Origin: Eledone cirrhosa
Taxonomy: Eukaryota
Direction of reading: 5' to 3'
DNA: 64,000 nucleotides
NCBI GenBank assembly: GCA_964016885.1
Contig: OZ024743.1
Coordinates: forward strand, 154,380,001 to 154,444,000
The position numbers were made by a program, and so were the translations under genes. Each line of letters opens with the position of its first letter. Position 1 is the first letter of the stretch. The notes beneath the pieces were generated by a model. The model saw only the letters and a list, made by a program, of their open reading frames with translations, was not told the DNA's origin and ran no database searches. Shown here piece after piece: positions 13,970 through 25,365 of this stretch.

Positions 13970-14262
13970 AAGATGGCGCAGAAAATAAAATGTAACGGGA
14001 GGAAACAATAGCACAACTGACAATGTTGCAGATGTGCAACGAAAGAACTTTGATAAACTATATATATGTGTATGTGTCTATATTGTATCTGTATTATTTT
14101 TGACCGTTGATCAGTCAATGGCAACAATGAGGACCGAATAAATTAGATTACCGATATAAAAGACACAGAGAGCGAAAAGCGAAAACCAACCAAACAGTAA
14201 GTGTGTTCAGTTATTAATTCTGGCAATATTACAGAAATATGACCCTCCCCAAGTATAACAAA
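13970..14262 (+). repeat. Dispersed pLTR-like repeat with degenerate HHR (14012-14053)
   Basis: Homologous to 59365-59695, 8127-8272 and 60166-60195 (inverted) through the accctccc(a)aagtataac motif; CTGACAA-t-gttgca(gatg)tgcaac-GAAA. Confidence 0.65.
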
Positions 14263-14277
14263 ATATATATATATATA

Positions 14278-14718
14278 TATAATTGTAGGAATCGGGTTGA
14301 TTACCCCCTATCCGGGAAATGCCTCTCTAGTAACATTGTCTACAAATGTAAGGTTGTAACACCCACGTCTCATAGGGCCTACATAGGGTTAACCGCCAAT
14401 AGATTCAAGCAGCGTCTTTACATGCATATCCGTTCTTTTCGTTACCCTCTAAGAAGGAATATGACGTCACTTTCAACTTATATCTGGAGTCTAAAAGACA
14501 GCCACACCCAATATAAGTTACACTGGGAGATCCTAGCTAGGGCTAGATCGTATAGCGGTAATAAAAGACCATGTGACCTCTGCGTTGCTGAGGCCCTGGA
14601 AATACTCTATGCCAGAGACCACATCTTAAACAAAAAATCTGAGGCAATTTCGGCTTGTAAACATAAATTGCACAAAACTTTCCTGTATTACAGCCCCACG
14701 CTATACCCTAACGGATAG
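14278..14718 (+). mobile_element. Penelope-like element GIY-YIG endonuclease fragment
   Basis: NCRNRVDYPLSGKCLSSNIVYKC..YIGLTANRFKQRLYMH..TSLSTYIW..CDLC; 5'-truncated at (TA)n; ~1 kb of probable 3' UTR follows. Confidence 0.9.
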
Positions 14719-15719
14719 TACGATTTATACGTGGATATTTTACGCCTTGTTGTGGGAGCTAAGTATGTTTTATTTATACCATTACTTATTTGCATAGGTA
14801 AGTATATATTACCCGTATGTTTGTGAAGGTACGTATACCTTCTCGTACGTATATTTGATTGTTTATGTCATGGGATATAATTTTATATATTCTGGTACAT
14901 ATGGTTTGACAATGTGTATACGGGAGTTATGCGTCTGTGCGTGTATGCAGGTTCGTACGTATGTTGGGTGTGTGTATATGTGTACTTCATGTTTTGGTTC
15001 ACATACGTCTCCGAACATTCGTGTATTTACATGTAGGTATGGATGTGCGCTTGTTATATACGTATTTATTTATTTATATACGTTTATATAATTATTTATT
15101 TATTTGTATACACGCATACACACACATATTTATATGAGCGTGGTTTTGTATACCGATGGTAAGTGTTATGCGTATGCTTGTGTATGTAAGTATTTGTTTG
15201 CGTGTATGTATTTATTTATTTCTATTACTTCTGTATTGTATTTATTTACTTTGCTCTTAACTCTGTAGCGGAGATTCATTCGGTCTCCTAGTTAGAATTT
15301 TAGTCTACGACTTCTGCTATACGATTTACGTGGTTTTGTCTTTGCGTGCTATTGTTCTCCACGGTCCACATATGACGTATTATCTTCGTTTTTTTCGTTC
15401 ATTGCCAGAGAACGTCTCTATGAACCACCTAAGAGAACATTAGTCTAAGACCTCTTTTATACCATAAACGTGGTTCTGTCTTTGCGCGTAATTGTTTTTC
15501 ACCGCTCCTATCAATGACGTATTATATTCGTTTTTTCCCGTTCTTCGCCAGCGAACGTTTCCAAGAACCAAAGTATCGTCTTCCTGTCTTCCTCCGGTTG
15601 CAACGTTTTTTGAAATATCCACTTCTGCGTTTACAGATTGACTTTGTTAGTTTCAGAAGATCCCGTTAAGGTTGAAAGCACCGATTCTTTGCTTAAACTT
15701 TAATCTGTTATTTTAATAA

Positions 15720-15770
<51 letters not shown>

Positions 15771-15980
15771 TTTGGCAAACCATTCATAGTGTGGATCAAT
15801 GACGAATTAATTAAATAATTAATAATCAGAGCAATATATAAGAATCATTAGATAACATATATACAGTATTTCGTCTTCCAATCAGAATAACTCAACCACA
15901 TAAACAATCATTTAAATGAGGCTATAAGTTTAAAAAAAATATACTTATGAAGAAACACACACACACAGACGCCCCCCCCC

Positions 15981-16050
<70 letters not shown>

Positions 16051-16629
16051 GTACATACCAAGTAAAAGTAAAACGAAATCAAAGTATCGTTTTACCATAA
16101 CAGCTCAATCGAAATTGAATGCGGATAATATATTTCAGAGCATAATCGTACGATAGTATTATGGGAATCCCAATATTTATACATGTGACTAGGCGGGAAA
16201 TAATCAGAGCATACATTTGTTACTTATTACATCACTAATTTTTTATATATAGCTGTTTCAGACCAAAAGAGAAAATATATTAATTACCATAGTTAAAATA
16301 AACACAATGAGTAGCAAATAAAAATTTGGTTTTCATCGGTAATTATATTTTTTTAATACTACAAAATGTAAGATATCCATTGGGAGATAATTGTCTCATA
16401 AGTGTTGTTAAGCGGAGCAAATAAACCAGACACCATGTGTGTTTTGCATCAAACGGACAGCAAAGAGGTTCATACGAGAGGTAGAAATAGCTAATAAACA
16501 ACTTAAATAGGTATAGCTCAACCACAAATAAATCGAAATAGAAACATGTCGATTTCGTTGTTCCATAAAATTTCAATGGACATTAGATGCGAAGCATTTT
16601 ATTCCTGAGCATATAAGCGGCAACATGAT

Positions 16630-16788
16630 GCAGTCTGCAACCAATCCACGCCCTGCTGCATTTTTGGCCGAAGAGGGTAAACTCTCTGAATATCGGTTGC
16701 TCTCTTACAGGTTTGCGGTCGAGTCTGTAGCAGAGGAGATGTCTTCTGTCCTTGACGCTAGGACCACCATTTTACTCACCACTGTAGG
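16630..16788 (+). mobile_element. Degenerate CRE-like fragment
   Basis: Nucleotide similarity to 17945-18105. Confidence 0.6.
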
Positions 16789-17469
16789 ATAAATAAGTAG
16801 ATAGCCGTATAAACATACACACCAGTATCATTTAACTTTTGACAGCATATAATAATATAGATTAAATTAGAAATATTGACAACTAGTAAAACTTTCATTA
16901 ATTCAATAATTATTTTCTAATCAAATAAACTGGTTTCTCGATATAGCTAATGTGTTAAAATAACATTATGTTATAGCTTGTGTTATAATATATAATTAAA
17001 TATATATTATTTCTCAGTGGGCTATCAGATTATATTATCGTATACATAAACCTGATTCATTATCTTCTGTAAATGAAAATGTTGATGATATGTAATGTAC
17101 ACTGCAAATCCAAACTTTAAATATACTTTTTAAAAGTTATCTTAAACAAAATAGTAAAACATTTCCATATAATACGCCATTGGTAGTAAACGTAATATAA
17201 ACATGTATTAAATAATTGGCACTTTATATTAATGCGGGTAAGATACACTGGTATTACTTTTATAGCAAAAAACGCTAAGCAATGGATTATTGACTAACTA
17301 ATGCATTAGATAGTGTTTTATGAATATTTTGATGTTAAATGCGAAATGAGGATTAGAAAAAGAGAGGTAAAATATCTTTTGTTGTGTTACGTTGCCAATA
17401 CATTCCTCACGTGTGCGCTTCGTATAGACCTCATCGCCGGAGTATCACGGCCCCTCTTATTGTTTGGTA

Positions 17470-18245
17470 TCTGTTTGACGCTACGTTGGGCAGGCCTACG
17501 TCTGCCATGACCTACAATCGGTGGTTCCTTCCCTGGCAGGAATCGGCCTCCAGGTGAACTCGGCTAAGTCGGAGGTGGTGAATGTCAGCCACGCTGCTGG
17601 CACGCAGCAAGACAATAATAGCCTGCGCATTGGCGTTTCCTTGAGGCTCGGCCTCGGGATCTGCGAGCCACACCAATGTCGCTGCGGATCCACCGTGGAC
17701 CCTTTCGGCCTCCACCCGCTTACCTGTCGACACAGTGCCGGCCGCCTTCCACGCCATGCTGATTTCAGCGAGGTCATAAAACATGGCTTGGACGCTGCAG
17801 GCTTCCCTTCCCAGTTCAAGGCGGTGGGGCTGCACCGAGGGGACGGCAATAGGCCAGATGGAATGACCATCTTCCCGTTCCGCGGTGGAAAACCCCTCGT
17901 CTGGGATGCCGCTTGCACCGACACTTTCTGCAGCCGCAACCTGGTGCAGTGTACGATTAAACCCGGGCTCTGCTGCACGTCGAGCCCAGGTGGCTAAACT
18001 CCTCAAATACCGGTCGCTCTCCGACAGGTTTGCGGTTGTACCCCTGGCAGTGGAGACTTCTGGTGTCCTCGGTCCATGGGCTACCTCCCTACTCACCACC
18101 ATATGCACTGAGCTGGCCAGCCGCAGGTGTGAGCCTCGCGTGCAGGAGTGGCTTTTCCAGTGCGTCTCCCTTGCCATCCTCCGGGGAAACGCGTTCTCCA
18201 TTCTGATCGCCGGGGCTGTAAGGGGGAGCGGGGGCATCGCGTATC
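17470..18245 (+). mobile_element. CRE-clade non-LTR retrotransposon 3' part (zinc knuckle and restriction-like endonuclease), frameshifted
   Basis: LRLGLGICEPHQCRCG..HPLTC..RH; RPDGMTIFPF..GKPLVWDA; KY..PLAVETSGVLG..LFQCVSLAILRGNA. Confidence 0.85.
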
Positions 18246-18619
18246 ATATCATTCCATATTTAATTATGGTCGGTATGTGTATGTTTATATATATTACTTT
18301 TATTTTCATTCAGCATCATGTCATTCTTCATTGCTTTTCTCTGAGACAAATAGATAATTATCTCGTATAAATGTATATGTTGACAGAAAAAAGGAGAGAA
18401 ATATAGAGTATAATCATCTTAATGTTGATTTATGTTCCCTAACCTTCTGTATTTCTTATATGTCTGTTGATGATTTTAGTGCATTTACTATTCATTAATT
18501 ATATTATCTTTATCATATTTATTACGTTTCAACGAGAAAAGGACGAATGTTTAAGTTATTGAAAATCTCTTCCTGAAGTACTTTAATCTACTAATCATGT
18601 TTGTTATTTTACTGACGTT

Positions 18620-18842
18620 AAATTGTCCGAGATATGCTTAAAGCTATTTATTACTGCAATCTACCCAATTTACGTTTTGAGTTCAAATTCCGCCGTGGTT
18701 ACCATTACGTTTCACCTTTACGGAGTCGATAAACTAAAGTACCAGAAATGAACTGGTGTCGATTTAATCGCCTTTCTCCTTTCTTTAAATTGCTGGCTTT
18801 GTACTAATATTAGAAATAATAATAATAATAATAATAATAATT
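18620..18842 (+). mobile_element. SINE-like dispersed repeat (octopus-type)
   Basis: gagttcaaattccgccg B-box-like motif, gtcgataa..gtaccag..attgctggc, (TAA)n tail; inverse of the 6500-6672 family. Confidence 0.65.
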
Positions 18843-19494
18843 ACTATTTTGACTGAGTGTTGACCGCAGCTCTGAGCACTTTGGGTACATACATTCTTAC
18901 TTTTCCTTTTGTTTGTATTATATTGGATGCAATCTCTTGTTTGTATTTTATTGGTGCAGTGTCTAGTAGCGTTGATCTCTCTATGTTGCATGTGTAGGTA
19001 AAACTTGTAGTTTTTCTATCATCCCCATCGCATTTATTATTATGGGAATTGTTTCAGATATCACCATCTATATTCAGGTTGATTCTATCTCCAGATCTTT
19101 CTATTTAGCAAAGTTCTATAAATCCGTGATACATATATTGCTGACGGTTGTGACTGATGCATCAACCATGGAACTTTCCTTTTCTCTTCCGACCTTGACT
19201 ACACCGTCTGATCAATTGGCTTAGATCTCCCAATCTGGATGCATTGCCCTATTCCAGAGTATAGGTTTGTTTGTCATGCATTGACGCCTTGTCACTGAAT
19301 GTCTGAATCACCGCTTTTCGGTTGGTATTTCGTAATGTGTGAAGATATACTTTGTTGACTACGAATGGACAGCGGATGATAATGTTTTCTCCCATATATT
19401 CCACATATTCTGCATGTACAGTATTTTACTTATTTATGTACTTTTGACAGAGTGGCTGGTTTGATATTTTACTGCCGTTAGTAATCTCACGCTT

Positions 19495-19569
<75 letters not shown>

Positions 19570-19581
19570 GTTATTGTTATT

Positions 19582-19833
19582 CCTTGAATCTCAGTCATTG
19601 ATGTTGGTTAACTGGAAAGTCCGTTGGATTGAATATCAAGCCACTACCTGCAGCCTCAGATATTCAGGACGTATCGGAGGGTTCTTGCCGTTCCAAGCAA
19701 GCATGCCTTTTGAAGCGTTCCAAAAAGCGTGAAGGGGCCGATTTTCTTTAACCATCCCTGGAAACCTTTGGAGATAGTCCCCAGTGCGCCTATGACAATC
19801 GGGATCACTTTGACTTCATGGCAGTTCCAAATC
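19582..19833 (-). mobile_element. R4/Dong-like family A, 3'-terminal fragment
   Basis: Matches 25366-25617; (TTA)n on both sides. Confidence 0.9.
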
Positions 19834-19897
<64 letters not shown>

Positions 19898-19906
19898 GTT
19901 GTTATT

Positions 19907-20230
19907 CCTTGAATCTCAGTCATTGATGTTGGTTAACTGGAAAGTCCGTTAGATTGAATATCAAGCCACTACCTGCAGCCTCAGATATTCAGGACGTATC
20001 GGAGGGTTATTGCTGTTCCAAGCAAGCATGCCTTTTGAAGCGTTCCAAAAAGCGTGAAGGGGCCGATTTTCTTTAACCATCCCTGGAAACTTTTGGAGAT
20101 AGTCCCCAGTGCGCCTATGACAATCGGGATCACTTTGACTTCATGGCAATTCCAAATCCTTTTCACCTCCCACTTTAGGTCCTGGTATCGGTTAATTTTC
20201 TCCCTCTCCTTCTCTTGCACTCTCGTGTCG
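19907..20230 (-). mobile_element. R4/Dong-like family A, 3'-terminal fragment
   Basis: EKINRYQDLKWE..VIPIVIGALG..LQKACLLGTA; (TTA)n on both sides. Confidence 0.9.
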
Positions 20231-20285
<55 letters not shown>

Positions 20286-20286
<1 letters not shown>

Positions 20287-23200
20287 AGTTGCATTTATCT
20301 TGCTTTATGTTCATACAAGTTATCACCAAGTCACAACCAGTAACCTCAAGAGACAACAAGGTCCGCCATGTTCATGAAAGAATATACATACTCACACATG
20401 CATCTTTAGTGTTTAGACTTGTGATGTACTTATATTGACAGAATCTTCCTTAGTATATGGGCAGTTCCAATTAGTACTATCTGTTGTATTTCTCCTATAC
20501 GCGGGTTTCCTGGGATTTGCGATAAGTAATCATTAGACCACTTAGGTATCATTGCCAGAGCGCCTACAATCACTGGTATTGTTTTAGTTCTCCATTTCCA
20601 CATTTTTCCAATTTCTATCTCCAGGTCCTTATACTTGCTCAATTTTTCAAATGTCTTTATAGATACATTCTTGTCTATTGGAACAGACATATCAATTAGC
20701 AGGCATACCTTCTTTTTAAAGTCCTTCAATATTATATCAGGTCTAGTTGCATCTATTGTTCGGTCTGTTTGGATGCTAAAGTTCCACAAGATTGAGATGT
20801 CATCTTTTTCAAGTACGGGAGGTGGTTGATGCTCCCACCAATTCTTTTGATGGGGCAGGTCAAAATGCTTACACATTATCCAATGTATGTATTGTGCAGC
20901 TCTGTCATGCCTGTTTAGGTATTCGGTTGGAGCTATAGGACTGCACATTGAAATTATATGGTGAATGGTCTCTGGTTGTTTTTTGCATACACGGCATAAT
21001 GGGCTGCATCCATTTTTTATTATGTTGGCTTGGTAATTTGTTGTTGGCAGACACTGATCTTGTGCTGATATAATCAGTCCTTCAGTCTCCGATTTCAGTC
21101 CAGAAGATGCCAACCACTGATGAGTTAAAGTTTTGTCAACATCAGGATTGTTAGCTCGCTCTGGGTATTTTCCATACAGAGGCTTTTCTTGCCATTTCTT
21201 AGCCAGTTTCTGTAGCAGTTCTTTCTTTGTAGTTACTTTTACCTGCTTTGCTTTTTCTGAGTTTTCCATTTCAGCAGTAAATGGGACTTCTGAAATTTGT
21301 AGTCCATTACTGTATCTTTGTGCATATTTTGTAATGGAATATGATCGTTTGATGCTTTCGTGTTTCAAAACGAGTTTGATCATCCAATCATGTCATTCCC
21401 TTAGATATGTAGATAATCCAATTGTTGCAGTTTTCAACGCAATGTCTAACTGGATTAACCCACGTCCTCCTTCTTTCCTAGGGAGATATATTCTATGTAT
21501 ATCTGCCTTAGGGTGATGCATTCTGTGCATGGTTAAGAATTTTCGAATTTTTGTATCGAGCCTACGGATCTCTGTGCTTGACCAGTTGATGACATTGTAA
21601 CTGTAGGTTACTACTGGTATGGCAAGCGTGTTTATGGCATCGATCCTATTCCTTGCATTCAATTCCGTTCGTAAGATTGCGGTAACATTCCTTCCTTATC
21701 CTTTCCCTCTTTGTCGAGTGCTTGATTCCGTCTCCTTCACAAACACCTAGATATTTGTAAGTTTTTTCTTGATCAAGTTCTCTTATCACGTTCCCCCGAC
21801 CTAGATTAATGTCTGAACTCTTCAGCAGCTTTCCTCTGGTGAACGTTGCTTTGGCGCATTTATCTAGTCCAAACTCCATTTTAATGTCATCACTGAACTG
21901 TTTCACAGTGGATAATAGCCCTTGCAATTGACATCATTTTTTGCAAATAGTTTCAGGTCATCCATGTAGAACAGGTGATTAATGGTTTTGTCATAGACTT
22001 TATATCCATGTTTTGTTTCATTGAGCATTTTACTTAATGGTATAAGTGCGATGCAGAATAAAAGCGGTGATAAAGAGTCGCCCTGAAAAATTCCACAATT
22101 AGTATTAACTTCTCCAGCTTCCAGTGATTTTGTTTCACTATTCAAAAGGAGTGTCGTTTTCCATGTCTTCATACTGAATGACAAAAACCTCCTGACAACG
22201 GGGGATATTTTGAAAATCTCTAAACATTTTTCAATCCAACTGTGTGGCAAACTTTCAAATGCTTTTTTATAATCTATCCAAGCAATCGATAGATTTTTGT
22301 GTCTATTATGACAATCTTCCAGTATCATTTTGTTAACCAGAAGCTGATCCTTACAGCCATATGAGCCTCGTTTACACCCTTTCTGCTCAATGGGAAATAG
22401 GCCATTTGTTATCAGGTGGACATATGTGTATTCAGTTAGGACTGATGTTAACATTTTATACATTGTGGTCAAGCAAGTTATCGGTCTGTAATTTTTGGGA
22501 TTGTTTGTCTCATCATTCTTCGGAAGCAGGAATGTGATGCCGTTAACTAGCCATGATGTTATCTTTTCTGGCTCCTTAACTATTTCATTGTAAAGTTGGG
22601 CTAACAGCTCATGAGACTCTGTGAAGGCATTTATCCAAAAGTTTTGTATTTTGTCTTTTCCTGGGGATTTCCATTTGCTGGTTTTTCTTAGAGCCAAGCG
22701 CAACTGTTCAACTGTTATATTTTCCCATGTTTGTTCCTCAAGGTGAGCTGTATCTTTCATTTGTCTGTCTATCCATGGGGCATGTATGTTATGAACTTTT
22801 TCTTCGGCCCAGATCTTTTCCCAGATTTCTTGCACTTCCTCCTTGGGTGGTATTGATTTAGCAGTTATTGTTGACTCACCAATTTTTCTGTAGAAGTTTC
22901 TTTGGTTGTTTTTGAACATATTATTGTTCTTATAGAATCTAGATCGTTTTTCAAAGCGCCTTATCCGAGCAGCTTTGGCCGCCACTTTTTGCTTGATTAT
23001 TTCTATCGGCATGCCTATGTCACATGTTGATTTTATACTGTACTTTTTTTTTCAATTTTCTAAGTTTAGTTTGTTTAACATGTTCACCTACTTTATAGTT
23101 TGTTAAGATTTCTATGTCAGATCGGAGAAGGTTTATTTGGCGATTGATGTTCTCTTACCAATTAGATTTCTTGTGGGAATTCCTTTGTTTTTTCATCTTC

Positions 23201-24229
23201 ACTCCACATAAGTGTGTGGTGACTTTAGCCGATGCATAATAGAGATGATTTAAATCAGTAATGTTTAGTTTGTTTGTGATGATAATATTTTTGAGAATTA
23301 TGTTAGTCTTGTGTATTATCTTTTGGTTCTGTTTGGAGTTCTGGATCTTAGGAAGGGTGTCTCGTTGCCCCATGTCAGATTCTTTCATTTTCATCCATTC
23401 GATCATAATTTCATCCTTCAAGTTGGCAAGTTCATTCTCATTCATTTCTTTATCATTTACGATCTCATTATTTTCATTTGGAGTTTCATCCTGAGCATGC
23501 ACTCCCTCCACTTTTTCGACCCTTTCTTTAATTTGTTCTGTTGCCAGTGATTCCGCCCCAACCCTGGGATTCGAAGTGTTACAGTTTACCTCGTTTTCAC
23601 TGACACATGTTTCATTTTCCCTTCGCTGACTTTGTACTAATAGCTTGATCTGATCAATTTCTATATCAGTTAGTAACTTTTTTCTTACAATATTTCTTCG
23701 TATATTGGCTAGTTTGTTACTGTCAATATAGCCTCTGTTTTCGGGATGTTTCTTTTTCCAGTTGATATATGTCTGTTCTGTATTCGATGTATTTGATGGG
23801 TAGTACATGGCAGTGTAGAAAGCCTCAAGGACTTCTTTATTATCTTCCCTTGACCATTTTTCTCTCTTTTTCTTTGGATTTATTGGTGGTGAGCATGGAG
23901 GGCCAACAGTAGGAGTATTCCGTTTATGGGAGGTCTCCAGCTCCGAAGTGATGGGAAGGTTTGAACCATTAGCTGATTTTTCGACCCCAGTCTGGTTCCT
24001 CTCTGAGGGACGCGGCCCTTTTTTACTCGGGTGACGGCCGATCCGGTATGAGATTTTATCATTAGACATTTACTTTATTTTGTCGCGTGTTATCCTTATC
24101 CGCCAAGGGGTAATCATTTCGTGTTACCACTTCTAGAACGAGTGTCAACCAAGACTAGAGGGGTCGTTCTCCCCTAGAGACACGGCTATTCCCCGACGGC
24201 CGCCATCCCGGTATTTCTTGGTCACGGGG
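20286..24229 (-). mobile_element. Near full-length R4/Dong-like non-LTR element, family B (single ORF broken by frameshifts)
   Basis: KWSREDNKEVLEAFY N-terminus; KSPGKD, YRPITCL, EQKGC, WIDYKKAF, GIFQGDSLSPLLF, HLFYMDDLKL; CRVC..ETIHHIISMC..RHD; RPDII..ID..EKLSKYKDL endonuclease; 3' end on (TTA)n. Confidence 0.93.
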
Positions 24230-24589
24230 TTTTCTTTTTGTTGTTTTTTTAAATTGTTATTATCATGAGTGGTTCCTTAATGTGAGCATTGCGTGGCTTA
24301 AGAATGCAATTATTAATAATTGTCTCCACTCCAGGCACAAGGCCAGCAATCACCCAGTGCATTACAATAATATAATATACTTTTTGTTGTAGTTGGCTGT
24401 TATTGTTGTTGGCTATGTCGGTGGTGGTGCCGGGGCTTTTTATATTGTTGGTGAGGAAGGGGTGAGCCAGCAGTCCCATAGTTGTTGATGTGGCCAGGTC
24501 ACTAAGTCAATCTATTTATATCTTTTGCTAGCCTTCTTCTTGTCTAGTGATACCGCCACCTTCCCCTTTCTCTCTCAAGTTAACAGGGG

Positions 24590-24960
24590 AATAGTGGTGG
24601 TAGCATTGAGGAGTGGTGGCGGCGACGATGGGATAGTGGTAGCAATGATGGATGGGGTGGGGTGGTGTCAGCAGCCAGCGGGGTGATATGGGAGACAGTA
24701 GCGGCGGTATCGATACTGAGACAGTGGTGGTGGTGATGTCGATACCGAGGCAGTGGTGGTGGTGATGTGATCGTATTACTGTAGTGATGGTGTTGTAGCG
24801 GTGGTAGCAATGAAGGAGTGGTGGCGGCGGTGATGGGTTAGTGGTGGTAATGATGGCAGTAGTGAGTGGTGGTGGTGAAATTGCGGTTATCTGCCTGTTG
24901 TGTTTAGTGTACACAGAGAGGTGATGGGGTAGGTGGTGTATCTAGTTTCTGGTGTTGGTG
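24590..24960. repeat. Degenerate (GGT)-rich low-complexity tract
   Basis: Imperfect ggt/agt/gat triplets; the ORFs here are compositional artefacts. Confidence 0.7.
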
Positions 24961-25277
24961 AGATTGGTGTTGTTTGGCTGTTCTATATAGTGTAGACAGA
25001 GGAGGGGGGGGGTTCTTCTTCCATTTATAGCCATTTTCTTGTTTGAATATACAATGTACAATACAAAGTTGAATATTTGAATATTTGAGCCTTATAACAA
25101 TATATTTTGGGTCCGAATTTTTTGGGGCTCAAGCCGGATGCTTTACGTAGCATTTGTACTAAGAGTTGTTATTTCACAAATGATTTTAATATGTTAAAGA
25201 TTCAAAACTTACGGGAGCGATTTCATGACCTTCTACCACCTCGTGCGTCTTCTTCCCTTCTTCTTCTTCTTCTTCTT

Positions 25278-25308
<31 letters not shown>

Positions 25309-25310
25309 TA

Positions 25311-25355
<45 letters not shown>

Positions 25356-25365
25356 GTTACTATTC

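Noticed and set aside
15650-15720. CAGAAGA-tccc..ggtt-GAAA before AATAAA at the end of a PLE 3' UTR
   Set aside because: The position fits a pLTR HHR, but the core and helices are too degenerate to call
19492-20285. Repeat-spacer-like alternation resembling a CRISPR array
   Set aside because: The repeats are microsatellites and the spacers are homologous retrotransposon 3' ends; eukaryotic context with no cas genes
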